Positions 9,627-18,927 of a DNA stretch of 64,000 nt are shown here, piece after piece. The stretch is from assembly GCA_965225945.1 (NCBI GenBank), contig CBDDBZ010000039.1, positions 512,001 through 576,000 of the forward strand, given 5' to 3'. This DNA comes from Alphaproteobacteria bacterium. GTDB lineage: Bacteria > Pseudomonadota > Alphaproteobacteria > GCA-2731375. Made by a program: the position numbers and the translations under genes. Every line of letters begins with the position of its first letter. The first letter of the stretch is position 1. The notes beneath the pieces are model-generated. The model saw nothing but the letters and a program-made list of their open reading frames with translations, was not told where the DNA came from and ran no database searches.

Positions 9627-11662
9627 CGGCGCTCGATCCGATCACTTTGGAGGTGGTGACCGAGGGCTTGATCTCGGTGGTGCGCGAGATGCGGGCGACC
9701 GTGTTCCGCACCGCGCGATCGGTGGCGATCCATGAGGCCCGCGATTTCTCCTGCGGCCTGTTCGACGCCTCGGGCCAAGTGGTCGCGCAGTCGGAGGATA
9801 TCGGCAGCCACGTGGTGCCGCTGCCCTGGTCGGTAGAGGCCTCGCTGGCGCGCTGCGGCGACGATTTGGCGCCGGGCGACGTCATCGTCATGAACGATCC
9901 CTATCTGGGCGGGACCCATCTCAACGACGTGACCTTGATTTACCCGGTGTTCCACGAGGGCGAGCTGGTGTTCTTTCCGGCCGTGCGCGAGCACTGGGCC
10001 GACGTCGGCGGCGCCGTGCCGGGCTCGATGTCCGGCTCGGCCACCGAGATCTACCAGGAAGGCATCCGCATCCCGCCGGTGAAACTGGTGGAACGGGGCG
10101 AGATCAACAAGGCGGCGATGGAGATCCTGCTTTCCAACATGCGGGTGCGCGAGGAGCGCGAGGGCGACTTCAACTCCGGCCTCGCCGCCTGCCGCACGGC
10201 CGAGCGGCGGCTCCGTGAGCTGATCGAGCGCCATGGCATCGAGACCTTGCAATCGGGGATCGCGGGCAACCTCGAGCGCTCGGAAGCCCGCATGCGGGCC
10301 GGGATCGCCGAGCTGCCGGACGGCGAATTCCTGCACGAAGACTATCTGGAGACCTTCGGCCCGGCGCCCGAGCATCGCCTGGAGCCCTTGTTGCTGCCAC
10401 TCCGCCTCACCATCGAGGGCGAGGAGCTGGAGGCCGACTTCACAGGTGCCGCGGCGCAGGCGGCGGCACCGGTCAACTCGACACTCGCGGTCACCGCCGC
10501 CGCCGTCTTCATTGTCTTGAAGTCGGTGCTCGACCCGAAGCAGGCGCTCAATCACGGCTCCTTCCGGCCGGTTCGGGTGATCGCGCCCGAGGGCACTATC
10601 GTCAACGTCACCCATCCCGCCCCCGCCGGCTCCCACGGCGAGATCCGCAAGCGGGTGATCGCCACCATGCTGGGGGCGCTGGCCCATGCCTGCCCGGAAC
10701 GCTCCAGCGCCGACATCCACCGCACCAGCTTCCACAATCTGCTCGGCGGCGTCGATCCGGCTACGGACAAGGAGTTCGTCCACTACGAATGGGCCTCGGG
10801 CGGCAACGGCGGCTTCCTGGAGGCCGATGGTCCAAGCGCCATGGCGGCGATCGACTGGGGCGATCTCTCCACCGTCCAGCCGACGGAGGTGTTGGAGGCC
10901 CGTTTTCCGCTGCACATCGAGTGGACCAAGCAGGCGATGGATTCGGGCGGCCCGGGGCGCAAGCGCGGCGGCCTCGGGCTCCGGCGCGCGCTCAGGCTGA
11001 CCCGGGGGCGGGCGTCCTATTCGCTGCTCGCCGACGGCGCGGTGGTGCCGCCCTTCGGAATTCTCGGCGGCGAGAGCGGTGCGCCCGTCGCCAGCTATCG
11101 AAGAATCGACGGCGTCGACCATCCCTTCGCGACGCCGGGCAAGATCGGCGGCCACCAGATGCACGAGGGCGACGTCGTCGTGCTGCAGAGCGCAGGCGGC
11201 GGTGGCTACGGCGATCCGTTGGAACGCGCGCCCGAGGAGGTGCTGGAGGACGTGATCGAGGGCTATGTTTCGCTCGACCAGGCGGCGGCGCTCTATGGCG
11301 TGGTCATCGCCGGCGAGACCATCGAGGTGGCCGCGAGCGAGGCGCTCCGCGACCGCTTGCGCGTGAAACGCCTTTGGCTCCAGCCGTTACCTTGCGAAGC
11401 CGAGGCCTATGAGGCGATCGGCGGCGGCACCAAGCGGATCGCCCGGCTGAACCCGGTGGACACCGGTGCTGGCGGCATCGGCGAGGACGACATGATCGAG
11501 CTGCTCGGCGTTCGCGGCGCGCCGCTGCGCGCCTGGGCCCGGCTCGACGCGGCCGTCGAGGCTGGAAGGCTGCCGCTCGACGATCGCGCGCGCCGCATCC
11601 TGCGCCCCGAGGCGGGCGAACGCCTTTGGGTCCGCCCCGTGCACAAGGCCCTGCTCTCGTGA
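9623..11662 (+). CDS. hyuB: Hydantoinase B/oxoprolinase family protein
   Basis: LDPITLEV, DFSCGLFD, NDPYLGGTHLND, HWADVGG, GGGGYGDP; GTGA overlap with hyuA. Confidence 0.92.
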   Translation: MTALDPITLEVVTEGLISVVREMRATVFRTARSVAIHEARDFSCGLFDASGQVVAQSEDIGSHVVPLPWSVEASLARCGDDLAPGDVIVMNDPYLGGTHLNDVTLIYPVFHEGELVFFPAVREHWADVGGAVPGSMSGSATEIYQEGIRIPPVKLVERGEINKAAMEILLSNMRVREEREGDFNSGLAACRTAERRLRELIERHGIETLQSGIAGNLERSEARMRAGIAELPDGEFLHEDYLETFGPAPEHRLEPLLLPLRLTIEGEELEADFTGAAAQAAAPVNSTLAVTAAAVFIVLKSVLDPKQALNHGSFRPVRVIAPEGTIVNVTHPAPAGSHGEIRKRVIATMLGALAHACPERSSADIHRTSFHNLLGGVDPATDKEFVHYEWASGGNGGFLEADGPSAMAAIDWGDLSTVQPTEVLEARFPLHIEWTKQAMDSGGPGRKRGGLGLRRALRLTRGRASYSLLADGAVVPPFGILGGESGAPVASYRRIDGVDHPFATPGKIGGHQMHEGDVVVLQSAGGGGYGDPLERAPEEVLEDVIEGYVSLDQAAALYGVVIAGETIEVAASEALRDRLRVKRLWLQPLPCEAEAYEAIGGGTKRIARLNPVDTGAGGIGEDDMIELLGVRGAPLRAWARLDAAVEAGRLPLDDRARRILRPEAGERLWVRPVHKALLS

Positions 11663-11675
11663 CTGCGGGAATCGA

Positions 11676-11760
11676 GGCGGCGCGGGAGGAGATCCTGCCC
11701 TGGCTCGACATCCTGGTGGCCCATCTCGCCGCCAGCGACCATGTCGCGGGCGAGGCCTTC
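11676..11760 (+). repeat. 85-bp diverged copy of a GST internal segment
   Basis: Matches 13385-13469 at 79/85 nt (AAREEILPWLDILVAHLAASDHVAGEAF vs AARDEILPWLNILEAHLAANDHVAGDAF). Confidence 0.9.
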
Positions 11761-11842
11761 GGCAATGTGGGTTTAATCGGGACGACCTACCAAAATGCGT
11801 ATCGCCAATCCCTTCGAGGGCACTTGGTTTCGGACAATTCCG

Positions 11843-12076
11843 TTATTTGTTTTTCTCGCAATTGGATCCAACCTCGGCACACCGTGTTAGCGGTTCAAGG
11901 GCGCTGCCGATATCGCCGAAGAGGTTATTCAGTTCGGCGCCTAGGGCGAAAACCGTGGACAGGATCGCGATCGAGATACCGGCAACCAGCAAGCCGTACT
12001 CGATCGCCGTGACGCCTCGCTCATCTTCCCCAAACTTAGTCGAGAGGAAGCGCATCTTAGGCCAGAGTTGCATCAT
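11843..12076 (-). CDS. flp: Flp/Fap family type IVb pilin
   Basis: DERG|VTAIEYGLLVAGISIAIL prepilin cleavage/Flp motif; GGAGG 8 nt before ATG 12076. Confidence 0.88.
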   Translation of the reverse strand: MMQLWPKMRFLSTKFGEDERGVTAIEYGLLVAGISIAILSTVFALGAELNNLFGDIGSALEPLTRCAEVGSNCEKNK

Positions 12077-12542
12077 CGAGCTGCCCTCCGGCCGATATGA
12101 TAACACAGGGAGCCTAATCAAGCCGGCAAAACGTACACCGAGGCAAAGCCGAGGGACTTTTTCACGTTCAATCACGAAGCCGGGGAGGGCAACAGGATGA
12201 TCCGGATCTGGGGCCGGCCGAATTCGATCTGCACCCAACGAGCGCTCTGGGCCCTGGAGGACACGGGCGTCGAATATGCGCTGACGCTCGCTAGCGCGAC
12301 CATGGGCCCGGACGGCCACGTCTCGACGGGTGCCCGGCCCTTCGGCCTGGTCGACAGCGCCGAATACCGGCGGATGAACCCGAACGGCACGGTGCCGACG
12401 ATCGACGACGACGGATTCGTGCTCTGGGACTCCAACGCCATCGTCGCCTATCTCGCCATGGCCTACGCGCCCGAGGCGCTCTACGGCGGCGATCCGGCGA
12501 GGCTCGCCCGGGCGCAACAGTGGATGGCCTGGAGCAACGAAC

Positions 12543-13297
12543 CTTGCCTATCCGGTTATCACCCACACCCACTATATGTAGTGTGCACCCATTTTCCTGA
12601 GTAAAGCTCGGTGCAGGTCGAAGCGGAGATATCTCCGGCGATGCCGAGCAGGGACTCGGACGGCATTGTAGCGCCTTTTAGGCGACACTTTAGCGTGGTG
12701 GAAATCCTAATCATTGAGTCGGATTTGGCAAAACGCCACGTTGCATAAAGGACCGTCACTTCATTGAAATTTATCTGAAATCGGAGGTGAACGACACCGA
12801 TGGAATATTCCAGGAAATCAGAGCTTCATTGAATTGTAGGATTCGAGTGCCGGATTATTCACAAATAGCTCTGTGAACTGGTTTTCAAGTTCGCTCAATA
12901 CGTCATATGAAGTAAACGGATTGAGGATCACGTTCTTGCGTGTCGCTTCGTCTTCGCTGCGACTCAAAACGCGCAGGAGACTAACAGGCGCGGACGGGTT
13001 CTTCGCAACGATTCGTGCCAGCGCGTCGCTTTCTTCGACTAGTGCCGTCAATCGCTCAGACGATGTCGTTTCATCAGCAGCTTCCCGTCTGGCCGTGGGT
13101 TTCTTCGTTTTTCCCTTGGTCGCCACCGTTCCGTCCCCCGATGTTAAGTACGTGACGTGAATTAAACTCCGGTTCGGTTTTCAGAACAATCAAGAATTAG
13201 CCGGATCGCCTCCTCAATGCGCCTGCGCCGGCCCTTGCCTGCAGTCCAAGGAGACACACTACATATAGTGGGTGTGGGTGATAACCGGATAGGCAAG
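12543..13297. mobile_element. Non-autonomous IS1595-family (ISSod11-like ends) mobile insertion cassette
   Basis: Perfect 43-bp terminal inverted repeats CTTGCCTATCCGGTTATCACCCACACCCACTATATGTAGTGTG; 8-bp target duplication CAACGAAC (12535-12542, 13298-13305); no transposase ORF. Confidence 0.92.
12818..13126 (-). CDS. Passenger hypothetical protein with leucine-rich-variant/HEAT-like repeats
   Basis: Repeated VAKNPSAP..LL..LS / VILNPFTS..VL..L / VNNPAL units; GGGGGA SD; low GC. Confidence 0.6.
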   Translation of the reverse strand: MATKGKTKKPTARREAADETTSSERLTALVEESDALARIVAKNPSAPVSLLRVLSRSEDEATRKNVILNPFTSYDVLSELENQFTELFVNNPALESYNSMKL

Positions 13298-13763
13298 CAA
13301 CGAACATCTGGAGCCGCCGCTCCACACCCTGGTGATGGAGCTCGTGCGTTTGGCCGCGGACCGGCGTTCCGCCGCCAAGGTCGCGGCGGCGCGGGACGAG
13401 ATCCTGCCCTGGCTCAACATCCTGGAGGCGCATCTCGCCGCCAACGACCATGTCGCGGGCGACGCCTTCAGCCTCGGCGACATCACCACCGGCGCTTCGG
13501 TCTACCGCTGGCTGGTCTTCGACCTGGACCCGCCCGCGATGCCGGCGATCGCCGCCTGGCAATCCCGCCTCGCGACCCGCACCGGCTTCCGCCGCCACGT
13601 CCAGCCGCGCGACCACCACATGCGTTGAGAGGTCGGCGGGGAAATTGGCTGGTTGGTATTATTTTGAGCTCGAGCGGACGAGAGGCTAGATTGCCCAACC
13701 TCGGCGGCAGGTCGGCCAGGGACCTCCCCGTCAGGGACCGCGCGTTACGAACCCGAGGCTGCC

Positions 13764-14162
13764 ATGCAACCCGTGAGGCGGCTCGTCGCTCCCCTCGTCA
13801 CGGCCCTCGTATTGTTCGGGGGTCTTCGGACGGTCTCGGCCCAACAGGTGGATAGCGGCGACATCAAGCAGCCCGAGATGACGCCGAGTCTCGATCTCGG
13901 CAAGCTCGACTACGAGAGGTATTGCGCCTCGTGCCACGGCGTGAACGCGGCCGGCACGGCCAAGGGACCGACCTTCCTGCATCGCGTCTACCACCCGGGG
14001 CATCACGCGGACGGTGCCTTCCTGCTCGCCGCTCGAAGGGGCGCCAGGCGGCATCATTGGAATTTCGGCGACATGAAGCCGGTCGAGGGCGTGACGGATC
14101 GACAGATCGAGTCGATCGTCGGCTACGTCCGCGCGCTCCAAAAGGTGAACGGGGTCTTCTGA
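13764..14162 (+). CDS. Exported monoheme c-type cytochrome
   Basis: Signal peptide, CASCH heme motif, HHWNFGDM. Confidence 0.9.
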   Translation: MQPVRRLVAPLVTALVLFGGLRTVSAQQVDSGDIKQPEMTPSLDLGKLDYERYCASCHGVNAAGTAKGPTFLHRVYHPGHHADGAFLLAARRGARRHHWNFGDMKPVEGVTDRQIESIVGYVRALQKVNGVF

Positions 14163-15637
14163 GTTCCCTGTTGAAAAAGTCCTTCGCTCCGCCCGGTGTC
14201 CTTTTTTTAACATTCTCGAAACGGCGGAATTACGGCCCCGGGGCGGCTCGGGGCGGCACGGCATCGCGGAGCAATGCCGCCATGTCTCCCAGAACAATAA
14301 ACGTAACTGCCCAGGTACATGGTGGCCTTTTAGGCGGCGTGGAGACGCTCGATCAGGGTTTCGGGATTTTCCATGAGCGCCTGGATGATGTTCCAGCCCT
14401 GTTTTCTGGCGGTCGAGATGAAGCCACGGACGGTGGCAAAGTCTTCGGCGCCTTTCTGGCTGCGGAAGCCGCCGGAGATTTTCTGCTTGACCTTCATCAT
14501 GCGCCCGTCCTGCTCGGCCTGATTGTTGGTGAACGGCACGGCGAAATTGATGAGGAAGCGCAGCGCGTCTTCCTTGTGTGTCTGAAGGCGCCGGAGAAGG
14601 TTGTGCCCGGTGCGGCGCGGCTTGCTTCCCCGGCGCTTGGCCTTGCTCGATCTGGGCGCAAGAGGAGGTTGTGCCTCGTGAAAGGCGATGCCCTCGGCCG
14701 TGATCGCGTCGTAACACCCTCGGAAGCGCTCGACGAGGCCTGGTTTCAGCGCCACGCCCCGCTCCCGGGCGAGATTTACCGCGTGGCAGGCGCGGCGCAA
14801 TAGTCTCTGCATCTTGCGTGCCCAGCCCTCCTTCTCGATCTCGATCAGGGCTTGCAACTCGCGCAGGTGATGGGCGTTGCACAGCGCGTGCCGTACGCCC
14901 TCCATCGTAAAGTACGGCTTCCAGTGGTCATGGACGACGATGCCGCCGACTCCGCCGAGCAGGCTGCCGCGTCGCTCCGAGACCCGATAGAAGGTCAACC
15001 GCGCGGTCGAGGCGACGTGCAACCATTGGGTCCGCCCGGCGATCCGCAAGCCGGTCTCGTCCATGTGCTTGACCGGCGCCGATTTCACCAGTTCGCGGAT
15101 CACATCGACGACGCCTTGGACGGACTCGGCGCTGTTCCCGCCCCTCCGCGCGAGGCTCGCCGGAGACAGTTCCGCCCCGAACAGATCCTTCATCAATTCA
15201 GCCAGGCGGTCCTCGGGCAGGAGTTGGTAGTGCGACAGGTAGACCACCATGGCTCCGATCCGAGCGCCGTATTGAACCGGGCCGGTGATGGCGACGGGAA
15301 AAGAAGCCCGAGTGTACGTGCCGCAATGCCCGCAACGGCAGCGATGCGCCCGATGCTCCGTGACCACCAGGGGCCGGGGCTCGGGTAGATCGAAAACCTG
15401 GCGGGCCCCATGGCCGGTAGCCATATCCGGCGTCAATCCCGAACCACACCACTGGCACGTCTCGGGATAATGGTCGACGGTGGCGTCGGGATCGGCGACT
15501 TGGCGCAGGGTCTCGCCCTTGTGGCCCTTTTGCCCGCCCGGCTTGCGGGCCGATTTCTTACGGAGGCTCCTGGTGCGCTTCTTTTGGGGATTATGAATGC
15601 TACTTGACGCCCTGCGGGAAATCCGCATGATGGACGG

Positions 15638-16030
15638 ATGTTTGGAACCGAGGCATCCCTCCCCATTACGGTCAAAGAGGTGGGGGCGGTCGTGAGGCGC
15701 TTCTTATTAATGCTCCGCCTGCATCGGTGTCCGTGTTTCGATCGCACTCTCTTTTGGACGTTCTCATGGAAACTAGCGGATATATTTCGAGTTCTCGAAA
15801 GTCCTGACGTCTCTCCTGACGGATTTACGCATAATCACTACTTGGCAAAACGAGACGTGGAACGCATCACAGGAACGTTTAACATTGACTGTCCTGAAAT
15901 AGACGCCGACACGGTAAGGATTTGGCTTCACTATATGGCGCTGCTGATTGATTCATGTAAAGACGGCAATCTGAAGGTGGCGAGGAATATTATGAGAGAT
16001 CCCAATCTGAGATTCAGATCAGATGACTAG
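15638..16030 (+). CDS. Hypothetical passenger protein
   Basis: 130-aa low-GC ORF inside the IS1595 ends; start uncertain. Confidence 0.5.
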   Translation: MFGTEASLPITVKEVGAVVRRFLLMLRLHRCPCFDRTLFWTFSWKLADIFRVLESPDVSPDGFTHNHYLAKRDVERITGTFNIDCPEIDADTVRIWLHYMALLIDSCKDGNLKVARNIMRDPNLRFRSDD

Positions 16031-16095
16031 ACCCAACTTCGCCAGCGGCCCAGAGCACGGGCAACAAGACGATGGCCGAATGGAGGGCCGCACAA

Positions 16096-16298
16096 TGACC
16101 CGAGGCGTCCCTGTTCTCGACCCGGCGGTGCACCTGAAGGGTGCGACCCCGGAGAAACTGGCGAAGGCGCTCTTTCGCCGAACCGAGCCGCTACCGCCCC
16201 GCGTTGGAAAGCCCGTTGCTGGAGACGAGGTCGCGGTAGAGAAGGTTTCGACCGACGAGCCGGGCAACAGTGTCCCGCATTTGGGCAAGAGTGCCTGA
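16096..16298 (+). CDS. Small hypothetical ORF convergently overlapping the IS1595 transposase 3' end
   Basis: GGAGG SD; MTRGVPVLDP...GATPEKLAKALFRR. Confidence 0.4.
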
Positions 16299-16700
16299 GT
16301 CGCGGATGTTGTGCTTGCCAGCGAACTCCTGGACGTAACGGTCAAGATGCTTCGGACTGATCTTGTGGAAGGTTCCTTTGTGGGCGCGCTTGAGCATGCT
16401 CCAGAAGCTTTCAATACCGTTGGTATGCGCCATGCCGTCAACGTACTCGCCAACGCTGTGTTTGACGGTTTCGTGGTCGAAAGTCAGCCCCTTATAGGAG
16501 CCATGATCGTCCGTGTAGACCTTGGCATCGGACGCGGCGTGATCCGCGACGAACCCCTGCAATGTCTGGCCATCTGTGTCGTCAATGTGGAACGGCGTGC
16601 AAAGTTGACCCCTGTTGAGGGGTGATCGGCGTCCAAATTTGACCCCCTGAGCCTGGCTAGTCCAAGTCACCTCGTTTTTGGGCGGACGAGGTGGTGGGGG

Positions 16701-18212
16701 ATGTTGGTCGTGGAGACGATAGCGCGGATCCGGCGGGAGTATTTCGTCAAGGGGAAGCCGATCAAGGAGATCGTGCGGGACGTGAAGGTCTCGGGCAACA
16801 CGGTGCGCAAGGTGATCCGTTCGCAGGCGACGGCGTTCACCTACGACCGGCGGGTCCAGCCGATGCCGAAGCTGGGGCCGTGGACGGCCGAGCTGGAGCG
16901 GATGCTGGAGGCCAACGAGACCAAGTCGAAGCGGGAGCGGCTGACGCTGCTACGGATCTCCGAAGCCCTCGAGGGTCTGGGCTATGGCGGCGGCTACGAC
17001 GCGGTGCGGCGCTACGCCAAGGCGTGGCGGTGGCGCCGTTCGGCATCGACGGCGCAGACCTATGTGCCGTTGGTGTTCTCGCCGGGCGAGGCCTATCAGT
17101 TCGACTGGAGCCACGAGTACGTGGTGCTGGCGGGGGTGACGACCAAGGTCAAGGTCGCGCACGTCCGGCTGTGCCACAGCCGAATGTTCTTCGTCCGCGC
17201 TTATCCGCGCGAGAGCCAGGAGATGGTGTTCGACGCCCACGACCGGGCATTCCGGCTGTTCCAGGGTGCCTGCCGGCGAGGCATCTACGACAACATGAAG
17301 ACGGCGGTGCAGACCGTCCTCATCGGCAAGGAGCGCGCGTTCAACCGGCGCTTCGTGCAGATGTGTGGCCACTACCTGGTCGAACCGACAGCATGCACGC
17401 CGGGAGCGGGATGGGAGAAGGGGCAGGTCGAGAACCAGGTCGGGATCATCCGCGGTCGGTTCTTCACCCCGCGGCTGCGCTTCAAGACCTACGACGAGCT
17501 CAACGCCTGGCTCTTGGACCAGTGCGTCGCCTACGCCCGGCGTCATCCCCACCCGGTGTTCAAGGACAGGACTGTCTGGCAGGTGTTCGAGGACGAGCGT
17601 CCGTCCCTGGTCGGCTATCGCGGGCCGTTCGACGGCTTCCACGCGGTCCCGGCGTCGGTGTCGAAGACCTGCCTGGTGCGCTTCGACAGCAACAAGTACA
17701 GCGTGGCGGCGCGCGCCGTCGGCCGTCCGGTCGAGGTCCATGCCTACGCCGATCGCATCGTCATCCGCCAGGACGGCGAGATCGTCGCCGAGCATGCCCG
17801 GCGCTTCGGCCGCGACCAGACCGTCTATGACCCGTGGCACTACGTGCCCGTGCTGGCGAGGAAGCCCGGTGCGCTTCGTAACGGCGCGCCGTTCAAGGAC
17901 TGGGCGCTGCCCGGCGCCCTGGGTCGCGTGCGCGTCCGGCTCGCCGGCCACGACGACGGCGACAGGCAGATGGTCGAGATCCTCACCGCCGTGCTGGCGG
18001 ATGGGCTGGCGGCGGTGGAGGCCGCCTGTGCCGAGGCGCTCGCTGGCGGCGTGTGCAGCGCCGACGTCGTGCTCAACATCCTCAATCGTCGGCGCCAGCC
18101 GTCCGAGACGGCGCCGATCCCGACGCCCGCGAACCTGCGTCTTCGCTTTGAGCCGGTGGCCGATTGCACCCGCTACGACCGCTTGAGGGGGGTCGGCCAT
18201 GGAGCGCCATGA
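16701..18212 (+). CDS. istA: IS21 transposase IstA
   Basis: [31 protein letters not shown]. Confidence 0.95.
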   Translation: MLVVETIARIRREYFVKGKPIKEIVRDVKVSGNTVRKVIRSQATAFTYDRRVQPMPKLGPWTAELERMLEANETKSKRERLTLLRISEALEGLGYGGGYDAVRRYAKAWRWRRSASTAQTYVPLVFSPGEAYQFDWSHEYVVLAGVTTKVKVAHVRLCHSRMFFVRAYPRESQEMVFDAHDRAFRLFQGACRRGIYDNMKTAVQTVLIGKERAFNRRFVQMCGHYLVEPTACTPGAGWEKGQVENQVGIIRGRFFTPRLRFKTYDELNAWLLDQCVAYARRHPHPVFKDRTVWQVFEDERPSLVGYRGPFDGFHAVPASVSKTCLVRFDSNKYSVAARAVGRPVEVHAYADRIVIRQDGEIVAEHARRFGRDQTVYDPWHYVPVLARKPGALRNGAPFKDWALPGALGRVRVRLAGHDDGDRQMVEILTAVLADGLAAVEAACAEALAGGVCSADVVLNILNRRRQPSETAPIPTPANLRLRFEPVADCTRYDRLRGVGHGAP

Positions 18213-18927
18213 GGTCCTGGAGATGATGGCCGCACTCAAGCTCGCCGGCATGCGCGACGCGTTCGACGAGGTGCTCGCCGACGGCCTCAAGCGCCAGCAT
18301 CCGATGCAGCGAATCATCGGCGAGCTGTTGAAGGCCGAGATCGCCGACAAGCAGGCGCGATCCATCAAGTACCAGATGAGTGGCGCCAAGCTGCCGCTGG
18401 CCAAGGAGCTGGCCGACTTCGACTTCACCGACACCCCGGTCAACGAGCCGCTGGTCCGCGAGTTGGCGGTCGGCGGCTTCCTGGCCAACCAGCGCAACGC
18501 CGTGCTGATCGGCGGCACCGGCACCGGCAAGAGCCATCTCGCCGTCGCCATCGCGCGGGCCTGCATCCGCGATGGCGCCCGGGGCCGCTTCTTCAACGTC
18601 GTCGACCTGGTCAACCGGCTCGAGGCCGAAGCCCGCGCCGGCCGCCAGGGCCGGCTCGCCGATCAGCTGGCCCGGCGCGACCTCGTCATCCTCGACGAGC
18701 TCGGCTACCTGCCCTTCGCCCAAACCGGAGGCCAGCTGCTGTTCCACCTCGTCAGCCGGCTCTACGAGCGCACCTCGATCATCGTCACCACCAACCTGAC
18801 CTTCGGCGAATGGCCGTCCGTCTTCGGCGACGCCAAGATGACCACCGCGCTCCTCGATCGTCTGACGCACCACTGCGAGATCATCGAGACCGGAAACGAC
18901 TCCTGGCGCTTCAAGAATCGGTCCTAA
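18199..18927 (+). CDS. istB: IS21 ATPase IstB
   Basis: Walker [12 protein letters not shown], Walker [18 protein letters not shown]. Confidence 0.95.
   Translation: MERHEVLEMMAALKLAGMRDAFDEVLADGLKRQHPMQRIIGELLKAEIADKQARSIKYQMSGAKLPLAKELADFDFTDTPVNEPLVRELAVGGFLANQRNAVLIGGTGTGKSHLAVAIARACIRDGARGRFFNVVDLVNRLEAEARAGRQGRLADQLARRDLVILDELGYLPFAQTGGQLLFHLVSRLYERTSIIVTTNLTFGEWPSVFGDAKMTTALLDRLTHHCEIIETGNDSWRFKNRS

Larger units (their letters stand above)
12197..13628 (+). pseudogene. Glutathione S-transferase interrupted by a 755-bp cassette
   Basis: N-half MIRIWGRPNS...NPNGTVPTI...LWDSNAIVAYL...WMAWSNE. Removing 12543-13305 restores the frame into HLEPPLHTLVMEL...DAFSLGDI. Confidence 0.92.

Noticed and set aside
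11676-13469. Diverged repeat pairs (also 6041/7447) as DGR template/variable regions
   Set aside because: Mismatches include several C/G changes rather than being adenine-specific, and no reverse transcriptase is present.
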